DNA of 64,000 nucleotides from Nitrososphaerota archaeon (GTDB lineage Archaea; Thermoproteota; Nitrososphaeria_A; Caldarchaeales; JAVZCJ01): NCBI GenBank assembly GCA_038874475.1, contig JAVZCJ010000002.1, positions 12,964 to 76,963 of the forward strand, read 5' to 3'. Shown piece by piece: positions 35,991 to 46,068 of this stretch (position 1 is its first letter; each line of letters starts with the position of its first letter). The notes under the pieces were generated by a model. It saw only the letters and a program-made list of their open reading frames with translations, ran no database searches and was not told where the DNA came from. The position numbers and the translations under genes were made by a program.

Positions 35991-36986
35991 ATGAGTTTAA
36001 ATTTTAAAGAATTTGTTGCTTCAAAGCCTAATTTAAAATATTTATTCTTTGGTGGAAAAGGTGGAGTTGGAAAAACTGTTATTGCAGCTGGAACTGCATA
36101 TTATCTTGCTGAAAAATTAGGGAAAAAGACATTAATTTCTTCAACCAATCCAGTTCATAGTTTATCAAGTGCATTTGGACAAGATATATGGGGCAAAGGC
36201 ATACAGAAAATAAAAGATACTAAAAATTTGTATGCTATTGAAATAGATATTTCTGATACTATTAAAAGATATAAAGAAGAAATAAGAAATAAAATACTTA
36301 CATTCTTAAAATATGCGGATATTCCATTAGATCCTGAACCATTTATTGAAATTGCTACTACTAATCCAGCTTTTGAAGAATCAGCAATGTTTGATGATAT
36401 GATTAATCTTATGTTAAAAGAAGAATTTGATGTATATGTTTTTGATACTGCACCCGTTGCTCACACATATCGTTTATTGGGTATGTCAAAAGTTTATGAT
36501 CTTTGGTTACATAAAATGATTGAAAGTCGTAAAGAAGCATTATCACTTCGTGTTAAACTTTCATTTAGAAAAGAAAAAATAATGGAAGAAATTAAGAAAG
36601 ACCCGATGTTAACTAGTCTTTTAACAACGAGAGAACAAATAGAAAAAGGACGTAAATTATTAACTGATAATGAAAGAACAGCATTCTTTTTTGTTACATT
36701 ACCTCTTGCTCTTCCAATTGCAGTAATTGAAAGATTTATTGGATGGGTTAAAGCATTTGAAATACCAATAGGAGGGGTAATAGTAAATGAGGTTCTTCCT
36801 AAAGAAGAATTTGATTTAACAAATATTTCACCATACATAGCTAATAAGATTAAGGAGCAAGAGCATTATATAGAGACTATTCATAATAAATTCCCTGGGC
36901 TTGTTAGAGCTTATGTTCCACTTTATGAAACAGAAGTTACAGGTACAAATATGATAGCTCGTGTTGCTGAAACATTGGGTAAATAA
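35991..36986 (+). CDS. ArsA/Get3-family P-loop ATPase, copy 2
   Basis: 331 aa. FGGKGGVGKT, STNPVHSL, DTAPVAHTYRLL and NEV. Paralogous to copy 1. Confidence 0.75.
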   Translation: MSLNFKEFVASKPNLKYLFFGGKGGVGKTVIAAGTAYYLAEKLGKKTLISSTNPVHSLSSAFGQDIWGKGIQKIKDTKNLYAIEIDISDTIKRYKEEIRNKILTFLKYADIPLDPEPFIEIATTNPAFEESAMFDDMINLMLKEEFDVYVFDTAPVAHTYRLLGMSKVYDLWLHKMIESRKEALSLRVKLSFRKEKIMEEIKKDPMLTSLLTTREQIEKGRKLLTDNERTAFFFVTLPLALPIAVIERFIGWVKAFEIPIGGVIVNEVLPKEEFDLTNISPYIANKIKEQEHYIETIHNKFPGLVRAYVPLYETEVTGTNMIARVAETLGK

Positions 36987-37044
36987 TAAAATAATTTATT
37001 TTCATATTTTTTTAATAAAAAAAAGAAAAGGAAGTAAAAATATT

Positions 37045-38703
37045 TTATTTCCTTATTTCAGATTTGATTCTCCTATATGCTTTAGCCCCTTCATAACACA
37101 TGAAGAATGCTAAAATTAGTAATACGATGTTTACAGCGGCAGCAATACCAGCTCCAATTTTTGTCGGATCTGCTATGTATGATGTTACTCCTGTATAAGA
37201 TAGATAAATTAATGCTGATATCGTTGTTACGATCATGAAGAACATAGGAATTATCGTATATATTGTAGGACGCTTTTCCCTTGTAAGCCAAAGCGATATT
37301 ATCATTAAAGCCAGTCCAGCCATTAATTGATTAGCTCCACCAAATGTGCCCCAAATATAGCCAAAAGCTGCACCAGTATGTGGGCTTGTAACTAACCATG
37401 TGATGAAACATACTAAAATAGCACTCATATACATATTCTTAAATATTCCACCAAATCTAGGTCCAGCTAGATCTGATAATACTAATCTAGTAATTCTAAG
37501 CCCTATATGCATGATTGTTATTGCTAATATGATCAGCATGATTGCTGCAAAAGCTTTTGCATAATCCATTGGAATACCAATATAATTAAGAAGTGTAGAT
37601 CCTCCTGTTACAAAGCGAGTAGCTGGAGCTAAAGGTCCAGCAACTTCAGGTGATAATATCGCAACTGTTGTTAAAGCTACTAAAGCTAAAATACCTTCTG
37701 CTAGCATTGCCCCACCAGCAACAAAATGAGCATCGGTTTCTGTATCAAGCTGTTTTGACGTAATCGAGGAACCAATTAAGCTATGCCAACCCGATATTGC
37801 TCCACAAGCAATTGTTACAAACATCATTGGCCATAATGGACCTGATGCTGTAACTTTTGGATCAAAGAATGTTGTAAACGCTGGAAATGCATAATCTGGT
37901 GCTCTAATAAGAACTCCTAAAATCATACCTATTACACCACTGTAAACTAAATAGAATGAAAGATAATTTATTGGTTGTATGAAAACCCAAATTGGAAGAA
38001 CAGCACCTAAGAAACAAAATAGCAAAGTTATAAACATCCAGAAATCTAAAACCCATTCTTTAGGGAATGGCGCAACTATTGGTGATGCTATACCAGCCCA
38101 AACTCCTAAGAACATAATTACTACAGCAATTATAGTTGTATAAACAATATTGACTTTAAGTTTATATGTCATATAGCCTGCCAACATACCTACAATTGTT
38201 ACAATGAGTACTGGTATTGGTGTTACAGGAAAACTATTGAATAAACCAGCAACAACATTTGTAAATGAGGAAAGAATTAATACTATATACCATAAGATGT
38301 ACCAAAGCAATATTGTTCTTGCTCTTGGAGAGATTAATTCATAAGTTATAGGTCCAAAAGAAGCACCTTCAGACCTTAAAGATGTAATCATGCTTCCATA
38401 ATCATGAATCCAACCAATGAAAATTGTTCCAAATAGAATCCAAAGTAAAGCTGGTAACCAACCCCATTGAATTGCTATAATTGGACCAAGAACAGGCCCC
38501 AGAGCAGCAATACTTTTCCATTGAAAACCAAATAAGACATATCGACTTGAAGGGAAAAATTCTACACCATCCATGTATGTATGGGCTGGCGTGGCTCTTT
38601 TTGGATCAGACATTATAATATTTCTATCGAACCATTTTATATAGCCTCTATAGGTTAAAGCATATATGACTATGCCAATTAGAATAACTATTAAAGAAAT
38701 CAA
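37045..38703 (-). CDS. cstA: CstA-family (carbon starvation protein A) peptide/pyruvate transporter
   Basis: 552 aa polytopic membrane protein. The N-terminal region has the CstA motifs (LFGFQWKSIAALGPVLGPIIAIQWGW; HDYGS...SLRSEGAS). Confidence 0.75.
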   Translation of the reverse strand: MISLIVILIGIVIYALTYRGYIKWFDRNIIMSDPKRATPAHTYMDGVEFFPSSRYVLFGFQWKSIAALGPVLGPIIAIQWGWLPALLWILFGTIFIGWIHDYGSMITSLRSEGASFGPITYELISPRARTILLWYILWYIVLILSSFTNVVAGLFNSFPVTPIPVLIVTIVGMLAGYMTYKLKVNIVYTTIIAVVIMFLGVWAGIASPIVAPFPKEWVLDFWMFITLLFCFLGAVLPIWVFIQPINYLSFYLVYSGVIGMILGVLIRAPDYAFPAFTTFFDPKVTASGPLWPMMFVTIACGAISGWHSLIGSSITSKQLDTETDAHFVAGGAMLAEGILALVALTTVAILSPEVAGPLAPATRFVTGGSTLLNYIGIPMDYAKAFAAIMLIILAITIMHIGLRITRLVLSDLAGPRFGGIFKNMYMSAILVCFITWLVTSPHTGAAFGYIWGTFGGANQLMAGLALMIISLWLTREKRPTIYTIIPMFFMIVTTISALIYLSYTGVTSYIADPTKIGAGIAAAVNIVLLILAFFMCYEGAKAYRRIKSEIRK

Positions 38704-38803
38704 GCTTTTTCTCCTCCAATATTATGTTATATATAAAATTAACATATAAGTATATAAGTTTTAGTATATAATTTATATAAAAAAAGGATAAGAGGAATAA
38801 AAA

Positions 38804-39451
38804 ATGTATGAATTTTGGGCAATTTTCTTATTAGCTTTTATTTTCCTTATTGTATTTTTTATTGGAAGTAATAAAAATAGGAAACTTAGTATAAAATATG
38901 CAAAAGCAATAAAAGAATTAATGACACCGTATAGCGATTTTGTTGGTTTCAAATCTTTTGGATATAGTGGTTTTAGATCATTATGTCGATTAAAAAAAGA
39001 TGAAGCATTTGATAAAATTGAAATAGCAATTGCTCTTATAGATCGTGAAAATTTAATGCATTATCCTCTTTCTTTTATTACAAAAGATTATGATCGTTTT
39101 GTTTGTTGGGGATTTTTAAAAAATAAAATTCAATCAAATATAGAAATTTTTCAAAAAATCGATAAAAAAAATTATGAAAAAATGGTTTCTCAAAAGGGAT
39201 TGAAAGAGATTATAATAGAAGAAAAAGAATTTCAAGAATCTTTCATATTTTTAACTGATAATACGAACTTTACAAGAAAAATTCTTTTAAAACCAGAAAT
39301 AAAAGAGGGTTTATTAAATATGAAGGAATTTATTAAAAGATTATCTTTAAATCGAGAAGAATCATGGATATACCTAATTGCAGAATTAAAAGAAGAAACA
39401 TTAAAACCTTTACTTAATCTCATTTTAAGTTTTGGAAAAGCATTAAGCTAA
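38804..39451 (+). CDS. Hypothetical N-terminally membrane-anchored protein
   Basis: 215 aa. A single N-terminal TM (FWAIFLLAFIFLIVFFIG). No recognisable motif. Confidence 0.3.
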   Translation: MYEFWAIFLLAFIFLIVFFIGSNKNRKLSIKYAKAIKELMTPYSDFVGFKSFGYSGFRSLCRLKKDEAFDKIEIAIALIDRENLMHYPLSFITKDYDRFVCWGFLKNKIQSNIEIFQKIDKKNYEKMVSQKGLKEIIIEEKEFQESFIFLTDNTNFTRKILLKPEIKEGLLNMKEFIKRLSLNREESWIYLIAELKEETLKPLLNLILSFGKALS

Positions 39452-39463
39452 TGATTTTTAGAA

Positions 39464-40453
39464 TTATACATCAAAAACAATATGATTTCTTGTTTTGAAT
39501 ATACTTAATTCTTTAATTAAATCCATTATTTCTTCTGAAGAAATAGTGAAATCTTTTTTTGAAATTTCTTCATGTCCTCTTATTTTTAGAGAAAAAGCAG
39601 TAGAAAGTAAAGGAGAAGAAACTATGATAGAACTTATGAATCCTAATATTAAACCTAAAATACCAGAAATTATTAAAGAACCTATTATTAATCCACCTAA
39701 TGAACAAAATGATATTAAAAATAAAGAAGAACCTAATAGAAAACTTCTTGCTTCTCTACTTAATGGATATTCAACAAACATTACTTTTCCATTTGTTCCA
39801 TCTATTAAATTTTTATATATTTCATTATGATAATTATAATAAATTTCCCAAATAGGATAATGAATCAAACCAATATATTTTACATCCATTTTACTTATTT
39901 GTGAATAACCTTTACAACTTTCATTAGCTTCTTTTATAATTAATGAGTTGGCTATATTTTGAGCTAGATTTTTTGCAGCTTCACTTTGAACATTTGGAGG
40001 ATAATATTTTCCTTTTTCTAATAAAGCAGGTTTAAAGAATATTTTCCCTCTTATAGAAAATTTATGAGAATTTAAAATTGAATCAAACCAAAAACCATTA
40101 TAAGCAGGAATTGTTATATCCAAAATTTTATGATATATTGCTTTTCCTATATCACTTTGACATGTTGCTTCTGCTTCAACATGAAAAACATGTAAAGGAA
40201 CATAATGAAGCATAACATCTTTTATATATGAAGATTCATTAAAATCATGAGGAACTCCATACCTTCTAGAAATGAAACTTCTTAATTTTATCCAAGCAGA
40301 ATTATAATTTATATATATTGGGAAAAAATAATGAACCCATTCTTGAAGAGTTTTCAAATTAAAAGTATAACCACAATAAGGACATGTTGTAAATGATACG
40401 CTTTCTAAAACTTTAAAATTTGCTCCACAATTCGGACATTTAGCTTGCTCCAT
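39464..40453 (-). CDS. Zinc-ribbon membrane protein, paralogue B (N-terminal double CxxC, C-terminal TM helices)
   Basis: 329 aa. CPNCGANFKV...CPYCGY at the N-terminus. Two C-terminal hydrophobic helices (LLGSSLFLISFCSLGGLIIGSLIISGILGLILGFISSIIV). Confidence 0.45.
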   Translation of the reverse strand: MEQAKCPNCGANFKVLESVSFTTCPYCGYTFNLKTLQEWVHYFFPIYINYNSAWIKLRSFISRRYGVPHDFNESSYIKDVMLHYVPLHVFHVEAEATCQSDIGKAIYHKILDITIPAYNGFWFDSILNSHKFSIRGKIFFKPALLEKGKYYPPNVQSEAAKNLAQNIANSLIIKEANESCKGYSQISKMDVKYIGLIHYPIWEIYYNYHNEIYKNLIDGTNGKVMFVEYPLSREARSFLLGSSLFLISFCSLGGLIIGSLIISGILGLILGFISSIIVSSPLLSTAFSLKIRGHEEISKKDFTISSEEIMDLIKELSIFKTRNHIVFDV

Positions 40454-41416
40454 TTATTTCCACCTCTCAATTCTTACATCACTTATTGTTTTCCTTGATA
40501 ATGAATATGCACATGAGAAACAAGCAATACATGCTATAACGAAAAAAGTAATATTTTCTTGAACTTTAAACATAAGTGAAAGTAACCCAATGCCAGCAAG
40601 TGTAACTAAAGCTGATCCGATCAATTGAAAAATTCTTTGATAAAAGAAAACTGGTTCTGTAGTCTTAAGAAAAGTTAAATCATTACCTGAAATAGCAATA
40701 TTGTATATCCCTTTTTTATACTTATACGATATTATCCAAAGAGGAGCTAATAATAATTTCATTTCTTTTATTTTACTATCACAAGAATAAAAAATAAATT
40801 CGCTTAAATTATTTTCCTTTTTTATTCTTTTTCTTATATTATCTTCTGCTTTATCTTTTAATTTATCACTTGCTTCATTTATACTAATTTCAGAATTTAA
40901 AACTTGAAGTTTAACTTCATTCCAATTAACTTCTTCTATATTAACATGATCTGGTGGATTATTACTAATTTTTTCAATAATTTCTTCAAGACCAAATTCT
41001 TCAGTAACTCTTCTAGCTGGAATCGAAAGCAATATTTCATCTGAAAATTTCCCACTCTTTTTAATAGTAACAACTCTTGTTTTTCCATTTTTAGTAATTG
41101 TTTTCCTTTCAATACCATTCCATAAAGAAGAAACATCAATTCTTGAAAGAAAAATTGGAACATAAACTCCATAAACGTCTACTATTTCTAACTCATTTAC
41201 TACTTTTTTCATATCTTCATCTTTCTTCATTCTATCCCAAAAAGCATTAACAACTTCTCCTTCATTTTTAGATGGAATAACAAAAATTTGAGTTTTAGAT
41301 TCTTCTAAAAACCAATTTACATTTCCACAATAAGAACAAATAATAAAAATGCTTTCAGGAGTATATTCTAATGGAGCTGAACAATTATTACATTTAATTA
41401 TAACTTCTTGACTCAA
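40454..41416 (-). CDS. Zinc-ribbon membrane protein, paralogue A
   Basis: 320 aa. CNNCSAPLEY...CSYCGN at the N-terminus. C-terminal TM helices (LIGSALVTLAGIGLLSLMF; FFVIACIACFSCAY). Same architecture as its neighbour, and the two genes abut with no spacer. Confidence 0.45.
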   Translation of the reverse strand: MSQEVIIKCNNCSAPLEYTPESIFIICSYCGNVNWFLEESKTQIFVIPSKNEGEVVNAFWDRMKKDEDMKKVVNELEIVDVYGVYVPIFLSRIDVSSLWNGIERKTITKNGKTRVVTIKKSGKFSDEILLSIPARRVTEEFGLEEIIEKISNNPPDHVNIEEVNWNEVKLQVLNSEISINEASDKLKDKAEDNIRKRIKKENNLSEFIFYSCDSKIKEMKLLLAPLWIISYKYKKGIYNIAISGNDLTFLKTTEPVFFYQRIFQLIGSALVTLAGIGLLSLMFKVQENITFFVIACIACFSCAYSLSRKTISDVRIERWK

Positions 41417-41502
41417 TTAACTCACTTTTTCTTATTTATAAAAATGAATTAAGGTATATTTAAATATACTTCATGTTAATTCATAAATATCTATGAATTA
41501 AA

Positions 41503-42342
41503 TCATTTATTAATTTGATTTATTATTTTATCTACAATTTCATTAAATATTTGAAAAGTTTCTTTTTCATTTTCTGAAAGAACTATAGGTTTTCCATTAT
41601 CCATATATTTAGATATTTTTGGATTTAAAGGTATTTTACCTAAGAATGGTATTTTCTCTTCTTCAACTATTTTTTCTCCTCCACCACTACCAAAAATTTC
41701 TATTTTATATCCACATTTTGGACAAATAAAATAACTCATATTTTCTATTACTCCAATTAAATTTATTTTCAAAGTTTTACAAAACTCAGCAGCTTTTTCT
41801 ACTGCAATTCTAGAAATTTCAGAAGGAATTGTTACTAAAATAGCACCATCCATATTAGGAATCATACGAGCTATGTTTAAAGCTTCATCTCCAGTACCTG
41901 GAGGTAAATCAAACAATAAATAGTCTATTTTTCCCCATATTACATTTGCCATTAATTCTTGTAAAGCATTATATTTCATTGGCCCCCTCCAAATTACTGG
42001 TGTTTTTTCATTTGGTAAAAGAAAAGCCATCGATACAATTTTTATATCTAAAATACCTTTAACTGGAAAAATTCCAAGTGGAAAAGCTTTTAAATTTTCT
42101 TTATCCACTCCAAGCATTTTAGGTATTGCTGGTCCATGAAAATCATAATCGAATATTCCTACAGAATATCCTTTTTTTGCTAAAATAATTGCAATATTTG
42201 CAGTAATAGTTGATTTTCCAACTCCTCCTTTGCCACTTAAAATAATTATTTTATGTTTTACATTTTCCATATTTTTTTCTATTTTAAGCTTCTTTTCTTC
42301 AATTTCTTTTAAATATTCAGAATAACTTTTCTCTTTATTCAT
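41503..42342 (-). CDS. Mrp/NBP35/ApbC-family Fe-S cluster carrier ATPase
   Basis: 279 aa. SGKGGVGKST P-loop, DLPPGTGD, and the family-specific ENMSYFICPKCGYKIEIFG CxxC motif. Confidence 0.85.
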   Translation of the reverse strand: MNKEKSYSEYLKEIEEKKLKIEKNMENVKHKIIILSGKGGVGKSTITANIAIILAKKGYSVGIFDYDFHGPAIPKMLGVDKENLKAFPLGIFPVKGILDIKIVSMAFLLPNEKTPVIWRGPMKYNALQELMANVIWGKIDYLLFDLPPGTGDEALNIARMIPNMDGAILVTIPSEISRIAVEKAAEFCKTLKINLIGVIENMSYFICPKCGYKIEIFGSGGGEKIVEEEKIPFLGKIPLNPKISKYMDNGKPIVLSENEKETFQIFNEIVDKIINQINK

Positions 42343-42412
42343 ATTTAATCTTTCTAATATAATTTTTAGTAATATATAAACAAATATATATTTCTTAGTT
42401 TAAATATTAAAC

Positions 42413-42985
42413 ATGCTTGATGAGATAGATAAAAAGCTTCTTTCATTATTATCAGAAAATAGTAGAATTACTTGTAAAGAGCTTGGAAAACATATTGGAT
42501 TTACAAGCATGGGTATTAAAAAAAGAATTTTAAAGCTTTTAAAAAATAATGTATTAAAATTTTCAATAGCATTAAATACAAATTATTTAAAGCTTTATCC
42601 AGCATTTATTTTTTTAGAAATAAAAGATTCTGAAAAAATGGAAAAAATTATTAATCAATATAAAGATTGTCCTAGAATATTAAATATTTTTAGAGTATAT
42701 GGAAGCTATAATTTAATTGCTTTAATAATTGCTGAAGATGAAAATACTTTAAGTAGTATAGCTATTGAAGAATGTTCTTTAAGAAGTAGAGAAGGTGTAC
42801 GTAGGTCTGAGTTTATTCCAATAAATGAAGTATTCTTTGAACCATATTTATTAATTCGTTTAAATCTTGCAAGAAAATCTTTAGAAAAACCTCCTTGTGG
42901 TGTAGATTGTGATAATTGTAAAAGTTTTAAAATTAATAAATGTGTTGGTTGTCCAGCTATAATAAATTATCATGGACCTTTATAA
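42413..42985 (+). CDS. Lrp/AsnC-family transcription regulator with C-terminal six-cysteine extension
   Basis: 190 aa. N-terminal HTH (LDEIDKKLLSLLSENSRITCKELGKHIGFTSMGIKKRI). RAM-like middle region. C-terminus CGVDCDNCKSFKINKCVGCPAIINYHG. Lies directly upstream of cdhA. Confidence 0.6.
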   Translation: MLDEIDKKLLSLLSENSRITCKELGKHIGFTSMGIKKRILKLLKNNVLKFSIALNTNYLKLYPAFIFLEIKDSEKMEKIINQYKDCPRILNIFRVYGSYNLIALIIAEDENTLSSIAIEECSLRSREGVRRSEFIPINEVFFEPYLLIRLNLARKSLEKPPCGVDCDNCKSFKINKCVGCPAIINYHGPL

Positions 42986-43156
42986 ATGGGTTATTAAAAA
43001 TTTTAATATGGTTAATAAAAAAACTATTGTCGAAATAATATTCGTTAAATAATGATATAATATTCAATAAAAAAGTTTAAAACTTAACCATTTTTAAATT
43101 ATATTATGTTTTTTTTTAAACTTTAAATTTATCTATCATTTTTGTTAAGTTGAAAA

Positions 43157-45529
43157 TTGGTGGTAAAATTGGTTGAAAAAGGTCCTTTAAAACTTTCTGC
43201 AAAACTTCTTGAAACATCTGGATTCTCTTTAAAAGATTTTGAAATTGCTATTGGTAAATTAGCTATAGAAGAAGAATGGGAACCTCTTGGACCAACACCT
43301 TTCCCTTCTATTGCCAGTTTAAGAGATTGGGACCATATATTATTAAAAAGATATAAGCCTTTATATATGCCATTTTGTGATCTTTGCTGCTTATGCACTT
43401 TTGGTAAATGTGATCTTTCAAGAGATAAAAGAGGAGCATGCGGTTTAAATATGGCTGGTCAACAATCAAGAATAGTTTTAATAGCTTGTTGTATAGGCGC
43501 TGCAACTCATACAGCCCATGCAAGAGATCTTGTTGAAAAGCTTATAGAAAGATATGGTAGAGATCATCCAATAAATATTGGTGGAGAATATATATATGTT
43601 GAAGCACCTATTACACGCTTAGTGTGTGGAATAAAACCTAAAACGCTTGGAGACCTTGAAGATGTTCTTGATTATTGTGAAAAACAAATAGCTCAATTAC
43701 TTTCAGCAACTCATACAGGACAAGAAGGGGATAATATAGATTTTGAATCTAAAGTTTTTCATGCAGGAATGATAGACCATGTTGCTCTTGAAATTGCTGA
43801 TATTGCTCAAATCTCGGCATTGAATTTTCCAAAAGCAGATCCTGAAGCTCCTCTTATAGATCTTGGTATTGGAAATATTGATATTTCTAAACCTGTTATA
43901 ATGTGTGTTGGACATAATGTCATACCAACAACAGGAATAATTGATTATATTTTAGATAATAATCTTGATGGAAAAATTGAAGTTGTTGGTTTATGTTGTA
44001 CAGCATGGGATACTTCAAGATACTCTCCTAAAATAGGTAAAATTGTAGGACCAATATCTTGGCAATTAAGATTCATAAGAACTGGAATACCAGATGTAAT
44101 CATTGTAGATGAACAATGTGTTAGAACAAATCTTATTGAAGAAGCAAGGAAAATAAATGCTATATTAATAGCTACAAGCGATAAGAATTGCCAAGGTTTA
44201 CCAGATTTAACCAAAGAAGATGCAAATGATGTTGTTAATAAATTATTAAATGGGGGTATTCCAGGAGCATTAATATTTGATCGCGAAAAAGTTGGAGAAG
44301 TAGCTGTAAAAACTGCTATGGCATTAGCTCCAAAAAGATTTAATTTAAAGATTTTTCCAATTAAAGAAAAAGAATGGATTGTTTCACAAGCTAAAAAATG
44401 CAAGCAATGTAGAGAATGTGAAAGAGCTTGCCCAAACAATCTACAAATAGCTTTTGCTATGAAATTTGCTTCAAATGGAGATTTTTCAAAACTTTCTAAT
44501 CTTTATGATTATTGTGTTGGATGTGGAAGATGTGAATCTGCATGTCCAGAAGATTTGCCAATTATAACATTAATGAATAAAGCATCAGAAGAAACTATAA
44601 GAGAAGAGAAATTTAAATGTAGAACTGGAAGAGGAGCTATAAGAGATACTGAAATAAGAAAAGTTGGAAGAGATATAGTTCTTGGAACAATACCTGGAGT
44701 AATAGCATTTGTTGGTTGTGCAAATTATGCAAATGGTGGTAGAGAAGTTGTTGAAATGGTTGAAGAATTTTTAAAAAGAAGATATATTGTTGTTGCTTCT
44801 GGATGTTCAGCTATGACAATAGGAATGTATAAGAATAGCGAAGGGAAAACACTATATGAAGAATATCCAGGAGATTTTGATGCAGGTTGCTTAGTAAATG
44901 TAGGATCATGCATTTCTAATTCTCATATATCTGGTGCAGCTATAAAAATAGCAAACATATTCGCTAAAAGAAACCTTAGAGCTAATTATAAAGAAATAGC
45001 AGACTATATACTTAATAGAATTGGAGCTGTAGGTGTTGCATGGGGAGCCATGAGTCAAAAAGCAGCTTCAATTGCTAGTGGATTTTGGAGACTTGGAGTA
45101 CCAGTAATTGTAGGTCCTCATGGATCAAAATATAGGAGAATGCTACTTGGTAGAAAAGAGAATAAAGAAGATTGGATGGTTTATGATGCTAGAACAGGTG
45201 AAAAAGTTTATGTTGGTCCTGTACCAGAGCATTTATTCTATGCTGCAGAAACAAAAGAAGAAGCAATGGTTATGATTGCAAAATTATGCATGAGAGCAAA
45301 TGATACTCCTCAAGGAAGAGCAATAAAATTAACGCATTATGTAAATCTTTATAGAAAATTCTATGGAGTTTTACCAGAAGATCTGCCAATGTTTGTAAGA
45401 GTAGAAGCAGATATACCAATAACAATGAAAGATGAAATAGTTTCATTCTTAAAAGAAAAAGGTTGGGAAGAAAAAGTTATACCTGATCCAACTCTTCTTA
45501 AAGAAAAAGTGGTGAAGAAAATTGGCTGA
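43157..45529 (+). CDS. cdhA: Acetyl-CoA decarbonylase/synthase complex alpha subunit (Ni-CO dehydrogenase, CdhA)
   Basis: 790 aa with a TTG start. N-terminal Cys cluster CDLCCLCTFGKC...CGL and internal ferredoxin-like motifs CKQCRECERACPNN and CVGCGRCESACPED. Confidence 0.85.
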   Translation: MVVKLVEKGPLKLSAKLLETSGFSLKDFEIAIGKLAIEEEWEPLGPTPFPSIASLRDWDHILLKRYKPLYMPFCDLCCLCTFGKCDLSRDKRGACGLNMAGQQSRIVLIACCIGAATHTAHARDLVEKLIERYGRDHPINIGGEYIYVEAPITRLVCGIKPKTLGDLEDVLDYCEKQIAQLLSATHTGQEGDNIDFESKVFHAGMIDHVALEIADIAQISALNFPKADPEAPLIDLGIGNIDISKPVIMCVGHNVIPTTGIIDYILDNNLDGKIEVVGLCCTAWDTSRYSPKIGKIVGPISWQLRFIRTGIPDVIIVDEQCVRTNLIEEARKINAILIATSDKNCQGLPDLTKEDANDVVNKLLNGGIPGALIFDREKVGEVAVKTAMALAPKRFNLKIFPIKEKEWIVSQAKKCKQCRECERACPNNLQIAFAMKFASNGDFSKLSNLYDYCVGCGRCESACPEDLPIITLMNKASEETIREEKFKCRTGRGAIRDTEIRKVGRDIVLGTIPGVIAFVGCANYANGGREVVEMVEEFLKRRYIVVASGCSAMTIGMYKNSEGKTLYEEYPGDFDAGCLVNVGSCISNSHISGAAIKIANIFAKRNLRANYKEIADYILNRIGAVGVAWGAMSQKAASIASGFWRLGVPVIVGPHGSKYRRMLLGRKENKEDWMVYDARTGEKVYVGPVPEHLFYAAETKEEAMVMIAKLCMRANDTPQGRAIKLTHYVNLYRKFYGVLPEDLPMFVRVEADIPITMKDEIVSFLKEKGWEEKVIPDPTLLKEKVVKKIG

Positions 45530-46058
45530 ATCTTGGCAAAAAGCTGAAGTACCTGGTCCGATAAAAGCTTTACTATTAAATAATCCTAAAGTTGTTGCTG
45601 AATATCTAAAAAAAGCAAACCATTCAGTAGTAATAATTGGTGATAAAATTTTAGAAATTGAAAAAGAAGGTTATAAAATTCTTGATTTGATTAAAAAATT
45701 AAGCAATAAGATTAATGCAGAAATTGTAACTTCATCACCAAAAATAATTGAAGAAATGCGTGAAAAGAATATAAATGCTAGAATTATGCCTTCTATAGAA
45801 TTTATAGATAGATTAAAAGATCCAAATTGGAATGGTTTTGATGGAAAAGGACAATATGATTTAGCTATTTTTATTGGCTTTCCATATTATTATTGTTGGC
45901 TAATGCTTTCAAATTTAAAACATTTTGCATATAATCATTTAAAAACTCTTAGTCTTGAACCTTATTATCAACCACATGCAACATATTCTCTTCAAAATAA
46001 TCCTTTAATAGAAGCATGGTTTAAATTTTTAAATAATGTTATTATTGAATTGAAATAG
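45522..46058 (+). CDS. cdhB: ACDS epsilon subunit (CdhB)
   Basis: 178 aa. Overlaps the cdhA 3' end. Size and position are typical of CdhB. Confidence 0.6.
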   Translation: MAESWQKAEVPGPIKALLLNNPKVVAEYLKKANHSVVIIGDKILEIEKEGYKILDLIKKLSNKINAEIVTSSPKIIEEMREKNINARIMPSIEFIDRLKDPNWNGFDGKGQYDLAIFIGFPYYYCWLMLSNLKHFAYNHLKTLSLEPYYQPHATYSLQNNPLIEAWFKFLNNVIIELK

Positions 46059-46068
46059 GTGATGAACT

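Noticed and set aside
36494-36838. Minus-strand 114-aa ORF inside the second ArsA-family gene
   Set aside because: Antisense to a gene with clear P-loop and ArsA motifs.
43945-44439. Minus-strand 164-aa ORF and other short antisense ORFs inside cdhA
   Set aside because: cdhA is supported by Cys-cluster motifs along its length. The antisense frames are artefacts.
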